A stretch of DNA of 64,000 bases from positions 1,152,001 to 1,216,000 of the forward strand of contig OZ242358.1 in the NCBI GenBank assembly GCA_965208835.1, in the 5' to 3' direction. Source of the stretch: Candidatus Latescibacterota bacterium (GTDB taxonomy: Bacteria; Latescibacterota; UBA2968; GCA-2709665). The notes below the pieces were generated by a model. It saw only the letters and a program-made list of their open reading frames with translations. It did not search any database and had not been told where the DNA came from. Shown one piece after another: positions 8,843 to 17,818 of this stretch (position 1 is the stretch's first letter; every line of letters starts with the position of its first letter). Made by a program: the position numbers and the translations under genes.

Positions 8843-10281
8843 TAAGCAATCGGCAATGTGAAGCCGAACGTCGAGCCCGAACCGAGTACGCTCTTTGCGT
8901 AAACCCGTTCTCCGTGGGATTCGATGATATGACGGACGATCGAGAGCCCCAGACCGGTTCCACCCAGACTCCTCGAACGTCCCTTTTCCACACGGTAAAA
9001 CCGTTCGAACACGCGCGGCAGCGAATCCGAAGGAATTCCGATACCGTTATCCACGACCTCCAGCACCACAACTCCGGCCGGCCTTGAAACAGAGTCCGCG
9101 CGGTCGGCTTCCGCCGCAAGAACAAACCCCGGCGTGTTGTCCGAGCCCGCGACATCCTCGTCCTTGCCGAACCGCCTGACAGCAACCCGCACCCTTCCGC
9201 CCCGCGGTGTATATTTCACCGCATTGTCCAGCAGGTTTACCACAGCCTGCTCAATCAACCTCGGGTCGCCTCGAACCGACAGTTCATCCGGAATCGCCAC
9301 CAAAACCGCAATGCCCTTGTCGGCGGCCTGTTGTCGGATTGAGTCGTACGCCCGGTCTACCGCCCGCCGGATTGCGAAGTCCTGCATTTCAACCGTCAGA
9401 CGGTCGGACTGCAGCCGTGAGAGGTCCAGCAGGTCTTCCAGCAGCAGCAGTAGCCGGTCTGAATGCGCGAGTATGGTCTGCACAAATCGATCGGCGCTGG
9501 CGCGGTCTTCAAGCGCGCCGTCGGCCAGCGTATCCGCGCACCCTTTGATGGCCGTCAGCGGGGTACGTATTTCATGGGATACATTGGCCACGAAATCCTT
9601 GCGCGCACGCTCCAGCCGATGCAATTCCGTCGTGTCGTAGAAAACCGCCACCACACCCATTCCCGCGCCCTCCCTGCGAACCGGTCCGACGTGTACGTCG
9701 AAGTGTCGTTCGGGCATACCTGAGGTCGTCATCGGATGCGTCAGGGCCTCTCCGGTTTTCAGGGTATGTTCGATCGCCTCCTGGACCCCTACGTCGCGGA
9801 TCATTTCCACCGGGGGTCGGCCTGCCGTGGTGGAAGTCACGCCGAAGAAGCGCTCGAAGGTGCGGTTGGTCAGCAGAACCCGGCCGTCGCGTCCCGTAAC
9901 AAGGATCCCCGCGGTAATGTCCGCGAGGATCGTCTCAAGTCGCGATTTTTCTCCGAGGATGTCCGCGATCCGGTCCCGGATCTGCTGCCGCGTTGAATCC
10001 AGTGCCCTTGCGAGATCCCTGATTTCTCGCGGCGAGGCGTCGGACGGAACCCTTTCATCGAAGTCGCCCGCCCCTATGGAGCGCGCGACCCCGGTCAGTT
10101 TCCGCAATGGCCGCGACACCGATCGGGAGACACTATAGGTCAGCAGCAGCGCCAGGGCCAGCCCCAGCAAAGTGGCCAGCAGGATTTCGTGAACCGTACG
10201 GTTTACGTACAGATGCACGGTTACCGTGGCAATAGCGATCACCGCCGCACAGAGCAGCATCAGCCGCCAATGCAGTCGCAT
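8842..10281 (-). CDS. phoR: Phosphate regulon sensor histidine kinase (2 TM, HAMP, PAS, HisKA, HATPase)
   Basis: RKDFVANVSHEIRTPLT H-box, NLLDNAVKY, DNGIGI, FERFYRV, GGTGLGLSIV; located in the pho island. Confidence 0.85.
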   Translation of the reverse strand: MRLHWRLMLLCAAVIAIATVTVHLYVNRTVHEILLATLLGLALALLLTYSVSRSVSRPLRKLTGVARSIGAGDFDERVPSDASPREIRDLARALDSTRQQIRDRIADILGEKSRLETILADITAGILVTGRDGRVLLTNRTFERFFGVTSTTAGRPPVEMIRDVGVQEAIEHTLKTGEALTHPMTTSGMPERHFDVHVGPVRREGAGMGVVAVFYDTTELHRLERARKDFVANVSHEIRTPLTAIKGCADTLADGALEDRASADRFVQTILAHSDRLLLLLEDLLDLSRLQSDRLTVEMQDFAIRRAVDRAYDSIRQQAADKGIAVLVAIPDELSVRGDPRLIEQAVVNLLDNAVKYTPRGGRVRVAVRRFGKDEDVAGSDNTPGFVLAAEADRADSVSRPAGVVVLEVVDNGIGIPSDSLPRVFERFYRVEKGRSRSLGGTGLGLSIVRHIIESHGERVYAKSVLGSGSTFGFTLPIA

Positions 10282-11729
10282 CTCACGCGCTTTCCTCCGG
10301 CGAACCCGTTGTATTCGTCAAGGAACCACTCGGCCTGTTTGGTCATAAAGACGCCGATCTCCTCGCCCTTGAAGCCGAATGATATCATTAGCCTTCCAAA
10401 ATACATGTCCGTAATGAGGACTTCCATGTTGATCGTCTGGTCGTCGATCCACGCGGCCGAGGCCTGGCACTCGTATTCGACGCCTGGGATCGAGCCAATC
10501 TGCTCGCCGAAGTAGTTGCGTTGCGGGAACCTGCCGGACAGCATGCGCCCGATACCGAACCGCAGCACGTTGTCGCCCTGACCGTTGGTGTACTCCCACG
10601 TGCCCCGGTCGTCTTCGAAGGACAGGCGCATGCGGGTGATCCCCATCGGGTTGTCCTCCAAAACATACCAGGTTCCGTGGACGTCCGAGGCCGCCGCCGA
10701 GTCGCGTCCTCCTGGGACCGGCAGGACTTCCAGCCGGGTGATTGTATCGGAGAGTTCCGCATGTGCGTCGGGATCCTCCGGAAGCGGCGCGTCCGAAAGG
10801 TGGGGAAGGAGTTCCTCGCGCACCACGGTGGAAATGCCGCTGCCGGACGGCGCGCCCTGCGTGTCGGAGATGCACGCGAACAGAAACGCCCGGTCTGGAA
10901 AACAAACCGCGATCTGACTACCCATCCCGCGGAACGAGAATCCGTTCTCATTCTCACGCCAGATCTGATACCCGTATCCGCAATTGCCTCGGATGGCGTT
11001 GTCGATCTGTCTGGCGGTCGCGGCTCTCACGTACTCCTCGGGCAGGACCCTTTCGTCGCCCCACGTGCCTCCGTTCATACATGCCAGCGCGACTCTGGCC
11101 AGATCGCGAAGCGTGCAGATGACACCCGACCCGCCCCACGACACGCCCTCGGGCGTACGGATGCACCACGCATCGGCAGAGAAACCGATCCGATCCAGGA
11201 AACGCGGTCGCATATAGTCCAGAAAGGGCATGCCTGAAAGCCGTTCGACCACGGCCGTTAGCACCACGGTTGCCGCCGTGTCGTAAGAAAAGATCGTTCC
11301 GGGAGGATGAGAGGGGGGTCGGTTGAAGAAGGTCCATACCCAGTCAGGATCGTCGCGTGTATAGGTAGTTCGCGAATGGGGGGTCGACATCGTCAGGAGA
11401 TCCCGGACAGTCGAGGCTGAAAGCCACGGATGAAGGTCTTCGGGCACTTTGTCCGGAAAGTAGTCCGCGACCCGATCATCGAGGGCGAGCATGCCTTCGT
11501 CGATCATCAGTCCGACAGCCAGCGCCACGAAGCTCTTGCTGACGGAATACATACGGTGCTTGCGCTCAGCCGTCCACGGGGCCCAGTAACCCTCAGCCGC
11601 GATTTTGTTGTGAAGCGCAAGCAGGAACCCGTGCATGCAAATGCGCTCAGAATCGACCCGCTTGAGGAAATTCAGGACCGCCCGTGAGGGTATCCCCAGG
11701 CTCTCAGATGAAGGCGCCAATGTAAACAT
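10260..11729 (-). CDS. Serine hydrolase, beta-lactamase class C/esterase family
   Basis: SxxK motif MYSVSKS, LLTMST, PPGTIFSYDT, YGYQIW; overlaps phoR start by 22 nt. Confidence 0.85.
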   Translation of the reverse strand: MFTLAPSSESLGIPSRAVLNFLKRVDSERICMHGFLLALHNKIAAEGYWAPWTAERKHRMYSVSKSFVALAVGLMIDEGMLALDDRVADYFPDKVPEDLHPWLSASTVRDLLTMSTPHSRTTYTRDDPDWVWTFFNRPPSHPPGTIFSYDTAATVVLTAVVERLSGMPFLDYMRPRFLDRIGFSADAWCIRTPEGVSWGGSGVICTLRDLARVALACMNGGTWGDERVLPEEYVRAATARQIDNAIRGNCGYGYQIWRENENGFSFRGMGSQIAVCFPDRAFLFACISDTQGAPSGSGISTVVREELLPHLSDAPLPEDPDAHAELSDTITRLEVLPVPGGRDSAAASDVHGTWYVLEDNPMGITRMRLSFEDDRGTWEYTNGQGDNVLRFGIGRMLSGRFPQRNYFGEQIGSIPGVEYECQASAAWIDDQTINMEVLITDMYFGRLMISFGFKGEEIGVFMTKQAEWFLDEYNGFAGGKRVRCDCIGG

Positions 11730-11741
11730 CCCAATCCCCCA

Positions 11742-11927
11742 GAAGCTGTCTTAAAATTCCCAGCGGTCTTCGCGCGGCTGCAAAAGCGCCGGTCGGCGTT
11801 GGTCAAACCCACCCGTCTTACGAGATCGAGGCTGCGCTTGCTCGCCTCTCATAGGCGGGTTCTCCCGCCTTGACCGCCACTTCTTCGCTCGCGCTCGGGA
11901 GCTCACCGGTAATTTTAAAACAGCTTC
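11742..11927. mobile_element. MITE family A, copy 2 (186 bp)
   Basis: Same TIRs as 8681-8842 with a longer central hairpin; abuts the phoB stop codon (TCA at 11928-11930). Confidence 0.85.
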
Positions 11928-12632
11928 TCAGTGTTCTTCCATGAATCGGTAACCTACGCCTCGAACCGTCTCCACCATTTCGCTGGCGCCGCCCAGCTTC
12001 TCCCGAAGTCGCCGGATATGCGTATCCACGGTCCGGCCGTAACCGGCGTAATCGTAACCCCAGACGGTGTTCAGCAGTTCTTCGCGGGACTGCACGCGCC
12101 CCCTGCGCTCTGCCAGCGTAGCCAACAGACTGAATTCGGTGGATGTCAACGCCAGTACGTCGCCGTCCACGGTTACCCTGTGGGCGGCTTTGTCGATGGA
12201 AAGAGGACCGAATGTCATCGCGTCCGCATCCGACTCTTCCCCTACTGAATCCCGCCCTTCCGCCAGCCGCCTCAGGATGGCCTGGATGCGCAGCGTCAGT
12301 TCACGGACGGAAAACGGTTTTACGACATAGTCGTCCGCTCCCAGCTCCAGCCCGACGACACGGTCGACTTCCTCGGCGCGCGCGGTCAGCATGAGAATGG
12401 GCAGGTCCCGGGTTTCTGCATCCTGCTTCAGCATCCTGCAGACTTCCAGCCCGTCCATGCCCGGCAGCATGACGTCCAGTACGACCAGATCGGGAAGCTC
12501 GTTCCGGATCAATTCGAGCGCCGCCTCGCCTGAATCGACGGCAGCCACGGTAAAGCCCGCCTTCTCAAGGTTGTACGAGACGATCTCCTGAATATCGACT
12601 TCGTCTTCAACCACCAGAATGTTGCCTGTCAT
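11928..12632 (-). CDS. phoB: OmpR/PhoB-family response regulator
   Basis: ILVVEDE, VVLDVMLPGMDG, GADDYVVKPF, RTVDTHIRRLREKL, ETVRGVGYRF; start taken at MTGNILVV. Confidence 0.85.
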   Translation of the reverse strand: MTGNILVVEDEVDIQEIVSYNLEKAGFTVAAVDSGEAALELIRNELPDLVVLDVMLPGMDGLEVCRMLKQDAETRDLPILMLTARAEEVDRVVGLELGADDYVVKPFSVRELTLRIQAILRRLAEGRDSVGEESDADAMTFGPLSIDKAAHRVTVDGDVLALTSTEFSLLATLAERRGRVQSREELLNTVWGYDYAGYGRTVDTHIRRLREKLGGASEMVETVRGVGYRFMEEH

Positions 12633-12862
12633 GGATGCCCTCGCATGAGCAACAGTCCCGTCGCCTGCCGGGTATCTGGACGTCAACGCCTCTCCAGTTT
12701 CCAATATACAAAAAGGAACAAGACGGGCAATGCTCCAGTGGCCAGTATTGAGCTACCGGCCGAAATAAACCCCGTTTGCCCACCACGCAGGATATCAACG
12801 AGACAGGAGGACACTCCGAATGATGCGGCGAATGGGTGTATTCATGCTCCCGGGAAAGGAAT

Positions 12863-14818
12863 CTATACGGGAGAAAAGGAAATCTCGCCCGGCCAGGGGT
12901 CACAGCGCCCCAATCGGACGGACACCGTGTCTCCGGGCGCCACGTCAGCGGAAGCCCTGATATCCGTCTGAAACGCAAAATCCAGCACTTCAACGCGTAG
13001 AGTCCGCTCGCGCTTATCCAGCACCACGGCTTCAAACACTCCTCCTACGCGATCCTGCAGATAACGGAACAGCCAGTACCGCTCCCGCTGCCGCTCGATG
13101 CGGATCAGGTTGCGCATCCGTTCTTCAGATTCGAAAACCACACGCTGGATGCGTTCATTGTCATAAGGAAGAGGCTGATCCAGCAGATACGCCCCCACCT
13201 GACGTTGAACGGCCAGGTCCGTGTACCGGCGCAACGGCGAAGTGGCCTGGCAATACGCATCCACACCCAGTCCGCCGTGCGGTTCCGGCGTCAGGCTTAT
13301 CGACGCCCGCCGCATTCGGCGCAGCACCCTGTACCGGCGTAGTACCTCGTTCTCCGCGTCGCTGAAATCCGCCGGTTCCGGCGCCGCCTGAACACGGTAC
13401 ACCACCGGAATATCCCGGTCCCGGCAGAACCTCGCCATCGCCGTGTTGGCCATTACCATCATCTCGCTCACGAGGAGGTTTGCAGGGGACCTGCCGTCCT
13501 GCAACGATACCTGGACATCCCCGTTATCCGTTATCCGGATCCGCCGATTCGGGTGTTCCACGTCTATTGCGCCGTTTTGCAGGCGCTCTATGCAGTGCCA
13601 CTCGGCTACCGTTTGCAGTTCCGAAAGATCACCGTGCAGTGCATGGGACGGATCCGCCAGAATTCCGTCCGCGGCTTCATACGATAGCTTTTCACGGCAT
13701 CGTACGACCGACGGGACGATTTCAACGCATTTGACCGACCCATCCGTGGAAACGTCGAAAAGCTGACTGAGAGCCAGCCGCGGCGCGCCCGGACGCAGAC
13801 TGCCCAGATCGCTCGACACCGTCTCAGGAAACATGGGAATCTTCCGGTCCGGGAAGTAGAGGCTCGACACCCTCGAGGCCGCTTCGCGGTCCGCTTCCGA
13901 ATCCAGGGGTACCAGCCCTGCAACGTCGGTGATGTGTACGCCAACCTGCCTGGTTCCGTCGGGTCGCATCAAAACCGACACGCCGTCGTCCATGTCGGTC
14001 GTTGCCGCGTCGTCGACCGCGTAAACCGCGAGGTTCGTGAAATCCCTGCGCCGTCCGTCGTCCAGCAGCGGAGACAAACGCAAACCGTCCAACGCCTCGA
14101 TGACAACCTCCGGAAAATCGACCGGCACGTCGGCGCGGATCAAATCCAGGTGTTCATCCGGACCCCAAACGCCGTCGCGGACAAGCCGATTGAAAACAGT
14201 GTGCGGGGCCACCCGCGCGCCCGCCATCCGTTCCACCCAGTCCGCGTGGACACTCCTCTCATGGCGTAAGACGTAATCCTTGAGCCGATCGACCCATCCT
14301 TCGACCGACTCCGTCGGTTCCTCCCTGCATTCGTGCAGCCAGCGCCGAAATCGGGCCCTTTCCTCGACACGCGCTGCCTGACGGACCACAGCGGCCTGTC
14401 GAGCCCGGACCTCTTCCTCGCTCAAAGCGCGGTACCCGTCCCCCCGCCTTTCCGCCTCGAAATAGAGGTTCTGCTCGAGATGTACCAGCAGCGCGGCCCG
14501 CTGATGGGCCGTAACATTTCCGCTGAAAAAGAGATCCGCCAATTCATCCACGGTCCAGGCATCCGCGTCATCACGAAGCAGTTCCCATGTATCCTCGAGA
14601 TCTATGCCTGTGCTCTGCTCCTCCGCGCGCGCCATCCATTCGGCCGCGCCGGTCCAGTCATCGGCGGTTTCACCTGTGCGGAGCAGCACGTTCTCGACCG
14701 GCGTGGTCATTGTTTCCTTCCGGGCTGTCGCGAAACGCAGTTTTCCGCCACGCGAAGACAGGCACACCCCCGCCATCAACCGGTTGCGGTATCGAAAAAA
14801 GGCAATCTCGTTTTCCAT
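12863..14818 (-). CDS. Ribonuclease II/R family exoribonuclease (RNB domain)
   Basis: AVDDAATTDMDDGVS catalytic motif, VHITDV, LVSEMMVMAN, ATSPLRRYTDL; start taken at MENEIAF. Confidence 0.9.
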   Translation of the reverse strand: MENEIAFFRYRNRLMAGVCLSSRGGKLRFATARKETMTTPVENVLLRTGETADDWTGAAEWMARAEEQSTGIDLEDTWELLRDDADAWTVDELADLFFSGNVTAHQRAALLVHLEQNLYFEAERRGDGYRALSEEEVRARQAAVVRQAARVEERARFRRWLHECREEPTESVEGWVDRLKDYVLRHERSVHADWVERMAGARVAPHTVFNRLVRDGVWGPDEHLDLIRADVPVDFPEVVIEALDGLRLSPLLDDGRRRDFTNLAVYAVDDAATTDMDDGVSVLMRPDGTRQVGVHITDVAGLVPLDSEADREAASRVSSLYFPDRKIPMFPETVSSDLGSLRPGAPRLALSQLFDVSTDGSVKCVEIVPSVVRCREKLSYEAADGILADPSHALHGDLSELQTVAEWHCIERLQNGAIDVEHPNRRIRITDNGDVQVSLQDGRSPANLLVSEMMVMANTAMARFCRDRDIPVVYRVQAAPEPADFSDAENEVLRRYRVLRRMRRASISLTPEPHGGLGVDAYCQATSPLRRYTDLAVQRQVGAYLLDQPLPYDNERIQRVVFESEERMRNLIRIERQRERYWLFRYLQDRVGGVFEAVVLDKRERTLRVEVLDFAFQTDIRASADVAPGDTVSVRLGRCDPWPGEISFSPV

Positions 14819-14899
14819 GACATCCATATCAGTGTCCGGTCCCGAGAATATCCGACTATTCTCCCGCCCAGTTATCCGGTCTCGCTGAAACGCGGTCAT

Positions 14900-14978
14900 T
14901 GAGCTTGTCGAAATGCCCGCGTTCCATTATCCGTACGGGTCCATTAAGCAATCCTGCGCCGAACCTTCGACAAGCTCA
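14900..14978. repeat. REP-like inverted repeat pair
   Basis: TGAGCTTGTCGAA (14900-14912) and TTCGACAAGCTCA (14966-14978) are perfect 13-bp inverted repeats in an intergenic region. Confidence 0.65.
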
Positions 14979-15011
14979 GGGGGCGGCTCTGCGTATCCGG
15001 CGCGCAACGGA

Positions 15012-15395
15012 CTATTGTTGCGGCTTTCTGGCGACCACGTCGATTTCCACCAGGATTTCCGGCAGGACGGACTGCACCGTGGTCCTGGCCGGCCGGACAC
15101 CCGTAAAGAACTCCGAATACACCCCATTGAAGGCGGCGAAATCGCCGATATCCGCCAGGTGGCACGTCGACTTGACCACGTCTTCCATGGTGCAACCGGC
15201 CTCGCGCAGGACCTTCCGGATATGCTCCAGCGTCGTGCGCGTCTGTGTCTCTATGTCATCCCCGATCACCTCGCCCGTGGCCAGATCCAGCGACGCATGC
15301 CCGCTCACGTAGACCCAGCCATCCGCTTCCACCGCCGCCGAATACGCCCCGGTATCCACCTGTTTGTCGGGGTGTTTGATCTCCCGTTTTCCCAT
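15012..15395 (-). CDS. RidA/YjgF/YER057c family enamine/imine deaminase
   Basis: GAYSAAV, VYVSGH, FNGVYSEFF, RPARTTV, LVEIDVVA. Confidence 0.92.
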   Translation of the reverse strand: MGKREIKHPDKQVDTGAYSAAVEADGWVYVSGHASLDLATGEVIGDDIETQTRTTLEHIRKVLREAGCTMEDVVKSTCHLADIGDFAAFNGVYSEFFTGVRPARTTVQSVLPEILVEIDVVARKPQQ

Positions 15396-15415
15396 GGTTC
15401 CGCCTCCCCTGGTAG

Positions 15416-15446
15416 AGTATCCCTTGATTGTATTGACGCGTCAATA
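15416..15446 (-). promoter_or_regulatory. Putative sigma70 promoter of the RidA gene with a 16-bp palindrome over the -35
   Basis: Minus strand TTGACG-N17-GATACT; perfect palindrome TATTGACGCGTCAATA at 15431-15446. Confidence 0.55.
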
Positions 15447-15469
15447 TAGCGAATTCCCATGTATCTATC

Positions 15470-15636
15470 CAGCCGGATCTGCGTATCGGAATATTGCCCC
15501 GATGCGCCTTGCGTTTCGCCGACGAGGGCTTTATCTTTCCAGAATCTGCGGTGTCCGGAAGGACTCCTTCGCGTCTTGCGACTTCCGGGCGCCTTGCGAG
15601 CCGGGCGAAGGCCGCTGGGAATTTTAAAACAGCTTC
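15470..15636. mobile_element. Degenerate or chimeric MITE related to family A (one intact end)
   Basis: Ends in CCGCTGGGAATTTTAAAACAGCTTC (family A end, inverted) followed by TGA. Contains two CTGCG..GCGCCTTG hairpin cores and 21 nt identical to 51880-51900. Left boundary uncertain. Confidence 0.6.
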
Positions 15637-15652
15637 TGAGGAGAAACGCCAC

Positions 15653-17641
15653 GTGGCTACCGTTGCAGATCAGACCTCCGAAGCCATACTCGACGTGCGC
15701 CTGGCCGAGTCCCGTCACGTACACACGCCATGGACACTGGCTTCCTATTCTTCCCTGAAGGCCTGGAAAACCCGCGCCGCGCAGATTCGCCGCCACATCC
15801 TCGTTGTCGCGGGTCTATATCCGCTGCCTGAGAAGAGCCCCCTCAATGCGCACATTTTCGGTCGTGTGGAACGCGGGGGCTATTCCGTGGAGAAAGTCTT
15901 CTTCGAGTCGTTGCCGGGGTTCCTGGTGTGCGGTAACCTGTACCGTCCGGCTGACGATGGACCCCACCCGGGGATCGCCTGCCCGCACGGCCACTGCCGC
16001 CACGGCCGCCTTGAGAACGACGACGCGTCCTTTGCTTCCATACCGGGCCGATGCATCAATCTGGCTCGACAGGGCCACGTTGTTTTTTCATACGACATGG
16101 CGGGGTACAACGACAGCAGCCAGATCGAGCATCGGGAGTTCGGCGGACGCAGGGAAGACCTGTGGGGAATCGGCGTCCTGGGGCTGCAGCTTTGGAACAG
16201 CATCCGCGTTATCGACTTTCTGCAGGCGCTGCCAGATGTGGACCCGGGCCGGATCGGCTGCACGGGCGCTTCGGGCGGCGGCACCCAGACGTTCCTGCTG
16301 GCGGCTGTGGACAACAGGGTCGGGGTGGCGGCCCCGGTCAATATGATTTCGGCCCATATGCAAGGCGGATGCAACTGCGAAAACCAGGGCCATCTCCGCC
16401 TGGATATCAACAACGTCGAGATCGCGGCCGCCATGGCGCCGCGCCCTCTCTTCCTGGTTTCCGCCTCGGGCGACTGGACGTGCAACACGCCCGAGCTGGA
16501 ATACCCTGCAATACGGGAAATCTACAGATTGTACGACGCCGCGGACAGCGTCGCGACCGCACAGGTCGATGCCGGGCACAACTATAACCGCGAGAGTCGC
16601 GAATTCGTCTACCGATGGTTCGGCCGGTGGTTGCTGGGCAGGGACGAGCCATTCCAGGAAACTCCCTTCACCGTCGAACCCGATGAGGGACTGCTGGTTT
16701 TCCATGACCGGAAGCCGCCCGCCGGCGCGCTGGATTCAGACGGACTCACGAGATCGTTGATCGCCCGGTCCGAGTCGCGCCTTAATGACACCCTGCCCGA
16801 CACCGCTGCCTCCCTTCGCAGGTTCAAGGAGCGGATGGCGCCGGCGCTCCGGCATGCTGTCGCGGCCCGATACCCGAAGTCGCCGCATTCCAGGGATTTG
16901 GGGCGAACAAGAAGCAGGAGACATATCGTCCAGCGGCTCCTTCTCGGCAGGCCCGATTTCGGCGACCGCGTTCCGGCGCGGCTGTTTCTGCCGCGATACG
17001 GACAGGAGAAGTCGCAGGGCACACTGCTGGTACACCCCTGCGGCACCGACGCCCTCTCCGACCCCGAGAGCGGCAGGCCCGGCCCTGCCGTCAACGACCT
17101 GCTCCGAAGGGGCCAGCGGGTTCTGACCATCAGCCCGTTCCTGGTTGGCGCATCGTCCTCAAACACCGGTCTCCGGGACACCGAGGTGCCGCATTTCCAT
17201 ACCTACAACGCCAGCGACGCATCCTGTAGAATACAGGACATCCTCACGGCCCTGGCCTATCTCCAGCGCCGCGAAGACGTGACCGTCTGCCATCTGGCGG
17301 GCATGGGCGAGGCCGGACTTTGGTGCCTGTTCGCACGGGCTCTCGCGCCTGACATCGGGCGCACGATCGTCGACGGACACCGTTTCCAAGCCGGCGACGA
17401 CGCGCATTGGGCCGAACACCTCTTCATCCCTGCAGTCCGCGCCGCGGGCGACCTTCGCACGGCCGCCGCGCTTATCGCCCCTTCACCGCTCTATGTTCAC
17501 AATGCCGGCAACGACTTCCCCGCGGACGATTTCCATTCGTGTTACCGCGCCGCCGACGCCTGCCCGGAACTGCGGATCTCTTCGCGCCGTGTCAACCGGA
17601 CCGCGTTGCACGATTGGCTTACGAATCCCCCACTCCCTTAG
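15653..17641 (+). CDS. Acetylxylan esterase-like alpha/beta hydrolase (two-domain)
   Basis: VEKVFFESLPG, CPHGH, nucleophile GCTGASGGGTQT, GGCNCEN, GHNY; GTG start after GAGGAG. Confidence 0.85.
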   Translation: MATVADQTSEAILDVRLAESRHVHTPWTLASYSSLKAWKTRAAQIRRHILVVAGLYPLPEKSPLNAHIFGRVERGGYSVEKVFFESLPGFLVCGNLYRPADDGPHPGIACPHGHCRHGRLENDDASFASIPGRCINLARQGHVVFSYDMAGYNDSSQIEHREFGGRREDLWGIGVLGLQLWNSIRVIDFLQALPDVDPGRIGCTGASGGGTQTFLLAAVDNRVGVAAPVNMISAHMQGGCNCENQGHLRLDINNVEIAAAMAPRPLFLVSASGDWTCNTPELEYPAIREIYRLYDAADSVATAQVDAGHNYNRESREFVYRWFGRWLLGRDEPFQETPFTVEPDEGLLVFHDRKPPAGALDSDGLTRSLIARSESRLNDTLPDTAASLRRFKERMAPALRHAVAARYPKSPHSRDLGRTRSRRHIVQRLLLGRPDFGDRVPARLFLPRYGQEKSQGTLLVHPCGTDALSDPESGRPGPAVNDLLRRGQRVLTISPFLVGASSSNTGLRDTEVPHFHTYNASDASCRIQDILTALAYLQRREDVTVCHLAGMGEAGLWCLFARALAPDIGRTIVDGHRFQAGDDAHWAEHLFIPAVRAAGDLRTAAALIAPSPLYVHNAGNDFPADDFHSCYRAADACPELRISSRRVNRTALHDWLTNPPLP

Positions 17642-17801
17642 CAGCCCGTTGAAAAAGCCCATCCGGGCTGCAGCCGGCCCTTGCGGTCGAAATACTACGT
17701 TGCGCTCGCTCGCCGAATCACAGGATGGGACTCGGTCGCGCGCCTTGTCTTCGACCACAATGGCTCGGCCTCACCTGCAGAGCGACTTTATCAACGGACT
17801 G
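17642..17801. mobile_element. MITE family B, copy 1 (160 bp)
   Basis: TIRs CAGCCCGTTGAAAAAG / CTTTATCAACGGACTG; flanks TTAG/TTAA; begins immediately after the TAG stop of the esterase. Confidence 0.8.
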
Positions 17802-17818
17802 TTAACCTGGACGCCTGA

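Noticed and set aside
10260-11729. Beta-lactam resistance gene
   Set aside because: No signal peptide and only generic SxxK serine-hydrolase motifs; an esterase or amidase is equally likely.
8681-11927. Composite transposon of two family A MITEs carrying phoR plus hydrolase
   Set aside because: Copy 1 has its own TAA duplication and phoR belongs with the adjacent phoB, so independent insertions are more parsimonious.
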